DNA of 63,315 bases, filler included, from Collodictyon triciliatum (lineage: Eukaryota): NCBI GenBank assembly GCA_043381765.1. It is 4 parts of 4 records of this genome, joined end to end, with 100 filler letters (N's around TTAATTAATTAA, not from the genome) between each part and the next. Parts side by side here need not be neighbours in the genome. Positions count along the whole stretch, not along the records: positions 25,052 to 49,977 come from JBHJMP010001063.1; 3 more parts are not named here. One strand, written 5' to 3'. The first letter of the stretch is position 1, and the number at the start of each line of letters is the position of its first letter. Shown here in pieces: positions 25,052-36,467 of the stretch. The notes beneath the pieces were generated by a model. The model had not been told where the DNA came from and did not search any database. It saw only the letters and a program-made list of their open reading frames with translations. The translations under genes were made by a program, and so were the position numbers.

Positions 25052-28000
25052 GACGAGGCCACGCTTTTGGAAGAGTTGCAAAAAATCACCGGGGTCGCCA
25101 ACATTGCTGCTTTACGAAAAAGCACGTCACTTTATATTTCTTCCAAAAATCTGGTGTATGTTCCTCTCGGTGTATTCTTGTTGGATCTGTTGAAAACTTT
25201 GTCCGTTTTTTCCAACAAGCTTTCGTCGCTGCCACCAGAAATATCGCGCTTGACCTGTCTCGTAGATTTTCAAGTTTCTTTCAACAAGCTGTCGACACTA
25301 CCACAGGAAATATTTCATTTGACTGGTCTCTTAGAAATTGATGCTTCTTATAATGAGCTTTCATCTCTGCCCTCAGAGATATCACACTTAAATTATCTCA
25401 TGGCACTTAATATCTCTTCAAACAAGCTTTCGTCGCTGCCACCAGAAATATCGTGCTTTACTCGTATCACACGCCTGGAAATGTGCAACAATCAGGTTTT
25501 TATTTAAATTAAACTTTACTTATACTCATACTTATGAATCACTAAAGAAAAGGATAAACTCTTTATTTAACATATAGATCGAAGAGCTTCCACCACAAAC
25601 TACAGCTCTTGTAAGTCTGAGGGAACTCTCCATCAAAGGTGGCTACAATACACAAACTATAAAAAGAGCACCTCGTGGAATTACAAATCTTCCATTATGG
25701 GATAACACAACCCACAAGGACCATTCATGCATACTCACTCTGGAGCTTTACGAAGTTCCGGTATATCTCCATTATGCTTCTAATGATATGTAAATGAATA
25801 TAAACGTCTTTTCGCCCAAAGCCATTGAAAATGATACATTAGGAGGATGATATGATGATGATGGAATGGATTGCAGATGCGAAGGAGATACGCTTCCAAT
25901 CGCTCAATTTTTACGGCATGGGCATCTCCATTCTACCCAAAAACTTATCACAGTTGACGAACATCACATATCTCAACATCAGCTGCAATAAGGTATAGCC
26001 ATCTATCTTTGAATCGAATAAAGAAAAAAAAAGGTATAACCATTTATAAAGCCCCTATTCCGAGAACAGTAATTTGATTGAAAAGAAAAGAGAGCATAAC
26101 AATTCACCAAGTATCCTTGGCTTCGTATATGAGTTCATAGTCATCCCTCTTGTGCCAATTCATGATTTTTTCGTATGACTGTACAGTTTTCCTCGCTACC
26201 CGACCTACGAGCAATGAAGAATCTGAGAAAGTTGGATGTGAGACAAAACGCATTCCCACCTCATATTCAACAATTTTTAGACTCTATTGACCTGGTCAAT
26301 AGCGAGGAAATCAGCATAACAGGCCGTGAAATTAAACAAGTACCAGAAGAGATGCTTCTCTTGCCCATCAAACCAAAGCGACTCAACATTTCCGAAAATT
26401 ATGTTCGTACTACATTTTGCATTTCTTTTACAAAAGAAGAGTTCTATCCTTGTCCTATCTAATGGATAATTATCGACACCCATTCTAATTGATGTTTAAA
26501 AAAACGTTAGATATCGTCGCTTCCTACAAACGTGTCGCACCTATCTAGCATCACATATCTCAACATCAGCCGCAATAAGGTATTCAACGACTCGAAGGAA
26601 TCCCATATTTGGAACAAAGTTAACTCTTTCAATACTCAGAATTTTAGATAACATACATGTACGTTATTATAGTTCAACCTATTTCCCGCATCTATATGCA
26701 CATTGACTCTAATCGAGTCTCTCAATATTTCAAACAACCAGGTTTCTTTAGAACTTTTTTAAGTACATTGAACTGGAAATATTGTGTGCCATATATTGTT
26801 CCTCTTATTTGATTGTAGTCTAACATGTTATTTAAACCCAGATTTCGCAGATTCCGGATGCCATCGCAAATCTTGTCAATATCCACAGATTCGATATATC
26901 TAACAACCAGGTCTTTTTTTTATGTTTTAATATGTTTTTGACCTTCTCTTAAAAATATAATAAGAGTTTGCTCACCTGTTCGATGCATAGATTCAAAAAT
27001 TGCCCAGAATTATTGGAGCTTTAAAGAGCGTGCGAAGTGGGCTGATTGTGCAAGGAAATCCCATCAAGAATGTACAAGGAAATGTCATCCGAAATGGATC
27101 TGAAGCTGTATTTGATTTCCTAGCAAACTCTATGAGTGGGCTCGTACGATGGACTCAAGGGAGGCTCCTTTTACTTGGTGAAGGAGAAACCGGGAAAACC
27201 ACCCTCATCAAATCAATAACTCAAAAATTGGTCTCTTTCAAGAACACCACAGACCAGAAGCAAGAGCGAACCGATGGTATAGCGCATGTCGATATTGATG
27301 AATTAATCATGGATACACCCTCAAAAACTAAGATGGCCATACGAATCTGGGACTTTGGGGGACAGGAAGAGTTCCAAGTAACACACCCGTTCTTTTTGTC
27401 ATCAGGTGCTCTCGTTTTAATCCTTTACAGACTTGACAGAAACAAAAATGAGAACAACCTCGGACGCTGGGTCAAAATGCTTGACGACTTTGCGCCTGGT
27501 TCAAAAATTATAATTGCTGGGACTCACCAGGACAATCAGAATCCGACTTGCAAAAAAGAGATGCACAAAGAAATCGAACGAATAAAAAAGGATAACGCAC
27601 AGAAATTGGATGAAAAGGCTCAACACATCTTTATTCACACAAACTTGAGGGTTAGCAACAAAAGCGGTGAAAAAATCTCTGATTTGAAGGATGAAATATA
27701 CAAAGGAATGATGAGACTAGACAATATGAACAAGGACGTTCCAAAAACATATATTGGACTGAAAGACTATCTGGATTCAAAAAGCCAAATTTTAAAGTAT
27801 GAAAGAATCCAAGACACATACAGTTTTGCCGAGAAGCAGTTGGGAATGGACAGAAATGGATGTGAAAGTGCTCTCAAATTTCTTCACGACCTTGGCTCCA
27901 TCGTTTGGTATTCATCACTTGAAAGTGTCAAGGATATTATTTTTTTGGACCCGCTATTTCTCATCAACATTTTCCGCTGTGTTTTCAGCTTCAAAGGAAT

Positions 28001-31000
28001 CGGGAAGGGTACAAGCGGCATCATTTTGTTGAGTAAGCTAAAAGACCAAATCAAACAAGAACTGAAATCCGAATTAGATGAACAAGTGTTCAATACAATT
28101 TTCCGAATTTTTGACCATTTTGGCCTTGGTATTCAATTTAACAGAGAATGCATCGCCTTTCCCTCGCTAATGGAAGATTGTAGCAACCTAAGGGCGTTAT
28201 GGAATGAAAAAGCAGAGTCGAACTGTATTGCTGAAACCTCTGTAGAAATAATGACCAATGGTGAGGTCCAGCTCTCTGATAAAAGCAACGTCATCATACA
28301 AGCGCTTCGTTTAACAAAAGCGGGACAAACTGGAGTTCAGTATGAAGACCAATTTTTCAGAGATATAGCGCTCATACACTTAAATGCTTCGTACAAAACA
28401 GGAACGGATGAAATTCAATTGGTTCCAGGAAATGGATTGATTATCTTGTACCAAATCCACCAAAGAAATATAAAAGTCAATATTAGGAGATATGAAAATG
28501 AGGTTGATGAAAGTGATACAATCGTCAGGATTTTTGACATTCTTTGCACCTTTATCAAACAAATATCATCAATTCGACCAAATTTTATTGAAGAGTATCG
28601 TTTTGAATGCCCTGAATGCCAGCGTCAAGGTTCAGATGGTTATATGCGAACTTCATTCAAGATAGAAAACTCAGAATTGAAAATATGTACAAAGAGCCAT
28701 CAACTGGAAGCGAGTGCAATAACGCAAGGGCGTGTCTATTTGGAGCAAGGTTTGTAAATAAGTGCATTAAAACTTGGTGTCACCAGAATGATAATGTACA
28801 AATTTGTATATGTATGTTATGTGCTACCATTGAAATATAACACATTGAATGTTTATTTTAGGAATTTCAAAGATATTTGCCTCTGTCATAAAAGGGAAAA
28901 GGAAAAGGAGGCCACAATCCGCTAAATCGATCTTTGAGCTGGATTCAATAAACAAAGAGCTGAAAGGTCAATGGATTGATGAAAAGATAGAGCTTTTGGA
29001 GTATCTCGCAAAGGGTTCATTTGGGCGTGTTTATACAACATCATTTCAAAAGGAAAAAAAAGCTGTGGTGAAAATCCAAACAATCAAAGAAATGGATACG
29101 CAGACCGTCAGCCAGGTGATTCAATCGCTTATTTATGAAAGCAAGTATCTGCATGAATGTAAGGAGTGTGAAAATATTGTCAAGTTGTTTGGTGTGTATC
29201 GCAAAGATGACGATTTCTTTATGGTTATGGAGAATGCAGGCTTTTCTCTGAAATCTATGTTGGAGAAGAAAGGTATTAAACCAACGTTATCTCAAGTAAT
29301 ATCTTACACGGAGCAACTGTGCAAGGGTCTCATCTTTATGCATTCTAAAAACCTCTACCATGAAGATTTGAAGGCTGACAACGTTATGATAATGGACGAA
29401 ACCATAAAAATTGTAGATTTTGGAATAATAAGCCATCGAAGCGTTGAGGAAGTTGGTTCAAACTTACCTACAAAGTATGGTGATAATAAAGGCGGAACTA
29501 CCAACTGGCAAGCACCAGAAATCCATGATATTGTTTCTACACCTCATTACGAAGACAACCCTGAAATTTATGGCGAATATGGGGTCAATGTGGGGCATCG
29601 AGGAGAACCAAGCAACGTGTATGCTTTGGGAATGCTCGTCTGGTACATGTTTTCTGGCATCGAGCCTTTTATGAATGAAAAAGAAACACAAGGATTTGTC
29701 ATCAGAGGCTTACGTCCTGAAATACCGAATGAAGCCACTCCGAAGGAGTTGAATCATCTTATCAAAGCATGTTGGAGGCAAAACTATAAGCTTCGACCAT
29801 CTCTGAGTCAAGTTTGTAAGTATATGGATGAATTGAAATCAAATGGGTCGAAGCTTTCTCGATTTGTGATGAACCATTTGCTTCCTATTAAATACGCTCC
29901 GTTGGCTGATATGTACCAGGGTGAATTTGTGGAGTGGCTTCGAGAGCATGGCTTTTCGAATTTGAGCGATAAGATTTCAAAGCAAACGACCTGGAAGAGA
30001 TTTGTCGAAATTCAAGACATGCTGATTGAAAGTAAGATGATTGAGACCTATCATATAACCCCGAATGACATAATTGCATTTTTGGGATTATCGAAAGAGG
30101 ACGATGCTGGCAGCAGTTCCAAAGTTTCGAAGAAAAAGGTTGAGGAATTATTTTATAACCCATTGGTAACCCATTTGCAGAAAAAGAAAGACGGATTGTC
30201 AAAAAGATTACTTGAAAAAGTGAAAGCCTTGCACCTTGATGGGAATATAATATCCAAGCTTGACAAACCAGATATCCGCGCGAACCACTCGGTTTCTGAA
30301 CAGGAACTTTCGTTTGTATCCCGATTCATAGAAAACCAGACGCAGCCAAATGATTCTGAACCTCCCAAACATGTATTAAGCACCAACATCCTTCAAGAAT
30401 TGGAAGAAAGTCAATTTATGAATTTGCGATACATCCCTTACAATCATGGAATCCAACACGCAACCACGTTGTGGATGGGTGATATGAAGCTCCCTCAGAT
30501 TCCGAATTCCCTCAGTCACTTTGTAGAATTGATGAGACTCTACCTCCATTCGAACGAAGTAGTTTTGATTCAATTATGTTTCAAAAGCTGGCGATTTTAT
30601 TCAGTTGTTAATTGCAGACTAACTCATGACCTGTTTACAGCTTACATCTTTCCCGAAGCCATGCCTTGCTCTCACAAAGTTAGTCTATCTGGACTTGTCA
30701 AAAAATAAGGTACATCACTCTTCTCTCTCCATTGTTTTCTATTTACCAATTTGTTTTAATATACATGTTCATCCTTATACGATGATGATAGCATTATAAT
30801 TTGCATTTTGTATTATTAGGCTTTAATTTTCATCAAACTACCACGTATTTTTCACCCATGCTCATTCATTTAACATCACTACATGTCCAAATTATGTCTG
30901 ATGGGCCTCATTCCATTCTGTACCACCGAAAACCAGCTATCGTCGCTGCCTCCAGAAATATCGAGCTTATCAATTCTCATGCACTTGGACATTCGAGATA

Positions 31001-31272
31001 ACCCGGTTTGTTTGGATTATAGATCAAAATTATTGGAGATTAGTCAGCGGTATTGACTGATTAGCGTTTCATCATTTCTGTAGATTAAAGAGCTTTCTGC
31101 CCAAATCACCTCTCTTGCTGCCCTCAGTTGTTTGCGTCTCCAGGGTGAAAGTGGACAATCAACCATAAAGGGGGCGCCCCGAGGTATCACCAACCTCCCA
31201 TGTTGCAAGAATCCGAGCGATCCAGATCACGAGTTCATTAGCAAACTGGAGTTCTACGACCACGTAACATGA
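25052..31272 (+). CDS. Roco family protein: LRR-Roc GTPase-COR-kinase-SAM-like x2-LRR (5' end truncated)
   Basis: LRR exons 25052-26910. Roc motifs GEGETGKTT, TDGI, WDFGGQ, GTHQD and VSNK. COR-like LKFLHDLGSIVWY...IFLDP. An intron at about 28750-28861 joins the kinase (LAKGSFGRVY, VVK, HEDLKADN, DFG, WQAPE). C-terminal LRR exons lie at 30641-30709, 30937-31005 and 31084-31272. Confidence 0.92.
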
Positions 31273-32016
31273 TTTAACACATTTCTCCCTCGCACTATGG
31301 CTCATCTAAGACATTTTCGCTTTCACACAGAGGAATATGCAAGAAAAATACTTTAATTATTTGTACTCTAAACCAAGCAGCAGTAACATGCAACTGAACT
31401 CTTATCTCTGGGCTTGATTGGGTGGACGGGTGAGACGCCAGGTGGTTGTGTGGCTTCGACGCAGACTCGATTATTTTGCTTTTCCGTTTGTTGCTTCTCG
31501 AAATATCAAAGGCGTTGTTTAGTTCATCGCATGTATGGTGGAGCTGATGCAACCGCGCTGTGTGCTCCACTCGCATCCTGGTTGTCTTTTTTGCTTCGCC
31601 GACAAGGCGACGCACCCGTCTCATCATTTTATCGCTCTTTCCTCTCCTCTCGTCTTGATTCCATTTCTTTTCGGGGTTTTTTAAACCAGGCTTTTTCCCG
31701 ACACCAAAAATCAGTCTTCCCGCTCACACCCATAAGCCAGAATAAAGACAACCAGCATTTGTGATGACAGCCATTCCCGAACGTCACATGAGTATCAACC
31801 ACGCTGTACGAGACTTGAAAATACCTCTGTTCGTTGTCTGATGTGTGTTATTCTAGTCTATTTTTTTTTATTTTTTTTAAGGTTTGCTTTATTTTACACA
31901 CATAATTTCCACGACAAGGAGAAAAGAAAAAGGTAGACAAAGAAGCGAGACAAAGAAGCCCCCACCCTCTGCGCGATAGTCCTGAACGAGACAACCAAAC
32001 AGACAAGGCCGTGTCG

Positions 32017-34676
32017 ATGGAGGAACCCAAGTGCACAGACGTCTTTGTGAGAATCCGCACAACCGACGGCCTCGAAACCCAAGTCGCCTGCAAGCCGCAC
32101 ACAGCGTAATGCCGCCAAAGCACACGAGCGTCTGCCCAGAAAAGCTCCACACACTCCTCTATTCCCCACTGCCCAAACTACATGTTCCCTCACCCGCGCT
32201 CACCGGCTTTGCTTTACTCTAGCCTGGGCCAAGTTCTTCAGACTTGGAGCCCAACGACAGGCACTTCCGGTCGCTCGTACAATGTCCTGCTGCGCGGCAA
32301 ACGTCTGTCGCTCGAGACAAAGGTCGCGGACCTTCTGCTGCGTTCGCACGGTATTCACAAACATCTGTCCACACATCCAACAAAGCCCGACTGACTCCCG
32401 ATGCTGACTGTGCCCGCGCTGCTCTATCTCGCTTGCAGAGTTTCTCACCGCGTGCCCCGTTCTTGCAAAGAAGCCCGTCTCCCCGGAATCCTTCCCACGC
32501 ATCACGCAGACGCTCATCAACGAGCAGACGCGCAATCTCGTCACCGAGCAGGAGGCTGAAAGCCCCAACGCCCTGGACCTCCTGCGCATCATAGCCGAGC
32601 TCGAAGAGAAGCAGCTTCTCCTCCTGCAGGCCAAGGAGCAAATCCGCCGCTTGTATGAAGCATCNNNNNNNNNNNNNNNNNNNNNNNNNNNNNNNNNNNN
32701 NNNNNNNNNNNNNNNNNNNNNNNNNNNNNNNNNNNNNNNNNNNNNNNNNNNNNNNNNNNNNNNNNNNNNNNNNNNNNNNNNNNNNNNNNNNNNNNNNNNN
32801 NNNNNNNNNNNNNNNNNNNNNNNNNNNNNNNNNNNNNNNNNNNNNNNNNNNNNNNNNNNNNNNNNNNNNNNNNNNNNNNNNNNNNNNNNNNNNNNNNNNN
32901 NNNNNNNNNNNNNNNNNNNNNNNNNNNNNNNNNNNNNNNNNNNNNNNNNNNNNNNNNNNNNNNNNNNNNNNNNNNNNNNNNNNNNNNNNNNNNNNNNNNN
33001 NNNNNNNNNNNNNNNNNNNNNNNNNNNNNNNNNNNNNNNNNNNNNNNNNNNNNNNNNNNNNNNNNNAATGCAAATGTGCCATACATAATATTTCTAAATG
33101 TAATCTATGAATTTACCATTGTCATGTAACCCGAGACAAACAAAGTTGTTTTTTCTCCCTTCTTTTCTTGAAGGCACTGGTTTGTGTCGCTTTTTTCTTC
33201 AATTTTGTCCTTATCAATATAAACATTTCCATTTGTAGGCTGAGTATACCAAAGGCTATAGAGCGGCTTCTCTCCTTTGGTGATGATGAATTATTCTCCA
33301 TTCCTTTCACAGAGGATGAATTGAGCCGACTGCGCGAATGCTTCTTGCGAATTGGCCCCATTCCATTTGTGAGTGTGAAAAATGGGCAATATATGAAAAA
33401 AAAAACACATTTTTTTTAGTCAAGAGATATCAGCAACCACAATCATCGGGGACGTAGCCTTGAAATTTTGTTTGCTTTTTATGCAACTCTTTTTTTTTTC
33501 TTTTTTTTTCCTAGCATGTTCATGTCTTGTCAAAGCTTGGGTATCCTGAGGTTGACTGTGTGGATGCACTGAGGACGACCCTTGGAGATTTCCACGCCGC
33601 CAGAAGAATATTACAACAGCGGGTATCTTCTGTTCATGTGATTTAGCAAGTGGCCTGTTTAAAGGGGGTTATGTCTCCTCGTGTGCTTACATATCAATGA
33701 ATAAATGTGTTTATTTCCTACAGTTTCTCTTTCGGATAATAACCAACATTTTTTTCATGAAAAAAACAATCACATGAAGACATTTTCATTATTATCACTA
33801 TCACAATTGACATCTTGTAATTCATTTTAAACTGAGCTATATACGAAGTTGGTGATGATTTGTTTTTTTTTGTTTTTTTTTTTGGAGGCCACATAATACA
33901 CCCCTGTGCAAACTGTAATTAATCTACTGTTCAGGGGGCTGAGTCCTATTCACACACCTCGAACTCTGAGGGGGTTTCAACAGCAACACAAACAACCAAC
34001 GATGATGGAGAGGAAGAGGAAGCTTCCAATCGAATCCCAAGTGCTCTTTCTATAGCCCAGGGTTTATTCTTGCGGCCAGATATTCAGCAAAGATTATGCG
34101 AAGATAGTGAATTCAGGGGTATGCTCTTTGTTCTCTTTCCTTTCTTTCTTTTTTTATTTTGTGCCAGTGTCTTTGTTTGTTGGATTGTTAATATATATCG
34201 TCTCTGATTGTTGCGCCGATGTCAGGAGAAGAATACAATCCAAGAGATAGCATATTTTTCTTTTCCTTTTCTATTATGGCCAGATTTCTCTCTTTGCATT
34301 GTTTGTGCCCCTGGGGTATACGCACAATTCTATTATCTAATATGCGTTGCGAATTCGGTTTATTCAAACAGGGGCACTGGAATCAATTGTTCTCGACCCG
34401 TCCAGATTACCCGAGCACATCCAACGCGTTTGTTTTCTATTATTATGATTATTATATTTTTTAAAAAAACTATTATTATTATATCATTATCATTAACAAG
34501 CTTGCGAGAGGGATATGCACAGAAGAAATAATCTCGAATGGAGCTGGAATGACCAGTTGGCTCCTGGTAACCACCTCCGACTCAATTTTCTTTCATCTTC
34601 TCAGAACCCGGCTGTTCGTGAGATTGTGCAGGAAATAATAGAAGCGTCAACAAGCCAGACAGAGCATCTTCCTTAG
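32017..34676 (+). CDS. UBL-UBA-UBA-STI1 protein, UBAC1/KPC2-like (internal N gap)
   Basis: Ubiquitin-like N-terminus (VFVRIRTTDG...VLLRGKRLSLETKVADL), UBA end SIPKAIERLL, UBA VLSKLGYPEVDCVDALRTTLGDFHAARRIL, and STI1-like LESIVLDPSRLPEHIQR|NPAVREIVQEI. Confidence 0.7.
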
Positions 34677-34754
34677 CCGCACACACAATTTAACGAGAGT
34701 ACATAATGCCCACAGAAGAAAGAGAAAGGAATAATAAAAGCAGCGATTAACAAA

Positions 34755-34755
<1 letters not shown>

Positions 34756-34842
<87 letters not shown>
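34756..34842. repeat. (CA)n microsatellite between convergent genes
   Basis: Visible directly. Confidence 0.97.
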
Positions 34843-34844
<2 letters not shown>

Positions 34845-35032
34845 ACGAACGAAGGAGAAGGAGATGTTGTAACTTTTCTTTGTCTTTTCTATTCTCGCCC
34901 TCCCGACTGCTGTGACTTTATGCACTAATTTGCAAAGAAAAAGAGGAGGACAAGAAAAGAACAGGAAAAGAGGAGAAGCCCGTTTGTGTCTGGCATAATC
35001 GCAGAGGAAGAGAGGGAGCCCCATCCCAGGCA

Positions 35033-36050
35033 TCACGCAAGGCCCTGGGCCCTGGCGAGGGCGCTGCGGAGCGAGGGCTGGACGGAGAGGGCGGCGTGGT
35101 AGTGGTCCCACCAGAGGGCGTGGAGGGCGGCGAAGGGCTGCGGGGCGGGCGGGAGCCAGGGCTTGGGCCCCATGAAGTGGAGGGCGCGGATGGCGCGGAG
35201 GTCCCAGGCGAGCGGGGTGACGAGGTAGAGGGGCTGGAGGGCGTTGAAGGCGAAGGGCAGGGCGTGGGGGGCGGGGAAGAAGGCGTTGAGGAAGCCGCCG
35301 TCCGCGTGGTCGTAGGAGCGCACGTGCGGGACGGCCCGCAGCATTGCGCGCAGCGTGTGGGCGCTCGGCCGCAGCACCATCAGCCCCGTGTTGAAGCGGT
35401 CGCAGCACTCCGGCGCCGCACTCAGCTGCGGGTGCGCAAACAGCTCGTCCATGCGCCGCAGCACAAGCATGTCGGCGTCCACAAAGACCACCGCGCCCAG
35501 GTCCGTCTGCCCCCACACCTGCAGCTTGCTGTACGTCTCCGCCCAGTTTGCCTTGCTGACCGCCCCGGCCTGCGGGTTGCCGATCGCCGCGACCTGCACG
35601 CGGTGGCTGCGCGTTAGTTTGCCCGGCCAAACCGCCCCTCTGCCGCTCCGCGTCCGCCTCCACACCGCCTCCACACCGCCTCCCACCCACCTCCACAACC
35701 TCCCACCCGGCCTCCCGCAGAACGTCCCGGTCCTCCTCCGACACCTGCGGCAGCACCAGCGCCCGCAGCCCCGCGTCCGTCCCGTTGTGCTGTCTGCGCA
35801 GCGAGTGTCCCAGCACAGCCGCCCCGACCGCGTACTTGTCGCCGCTCACAAGCGTCACAAACGCCCGCCGCGCCGAACCTGCCTCGTCGTCTCGTCCGTC
35901 GTCCCGTCCGCCGTCCGGGCAGATCGCAGGCGCAAACGTCCACAGCGTCCCCGCCACAAGCAGCGTCCCCGCCACAAGCAGCAGCCGCAGCCGCAGCCGC
36001 AGCCGCACGGACCGCACAGCCTGCACACGCGTCGGCGACAGTGGATACAT
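35033..36050 (-). CDS. Glycosyltransferase family 8 (glycogenin-like / PGSIP-IPUT1-like), type II membrane protein
   Basis: N-terminal TM, AFVTLV...YAVGAAVLGHSL, YSKLQVW, DxD motif VFVDADMLV, FNTGLMVLRPS, HFMGPKPW. One intron at about 35595-35690 joins ORFs 34755 and 35033. Confidence 0.92.
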
Positions 36051-36467
36051 CCCGCTCTGCTCTTGTTCTTGCTCTTGTGAAACTTGTTCGGCCTTGTTCT
36101 TGCCTCCTGCTTCCGACCTGCTTCGCTCGCCAGGCTGATTGATCTCCTGCCGCACATGCAGATCGATCGGGATCGGGGCCGACAGATCTGGAAGTTTGCT
36201 TTCACTCCCTTTCTGCCCCAATACGACGTTTCGACGCCCCTGTCTTTGTGCCGCTGGGAATCGGCCTGTCGCTTCTTCCGTCTCCACTCGCACGGCGTGA
36301 CCTGCTGCTGACTCAGACTGGGCACACCCTCGTGCTCTTGTGCAACGATCGCCATTCGCCTGGCAAATGCGTGCTTTCTGCCCCCGGCCGCTTTCTCTGC
36401 CACTAACAACCCTTCTCTTTGCGCTTGCGTTGGGTGCCGCCGTGTGTGCTGGAAAGTCGGGCCGGCC

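Noticed and set aside
31295-31627. 110-aa minus-strand ORF downstream of the Roco gene
   Set aside because: It has no recognisable motif or splice support, so a gene call cannot be supported.
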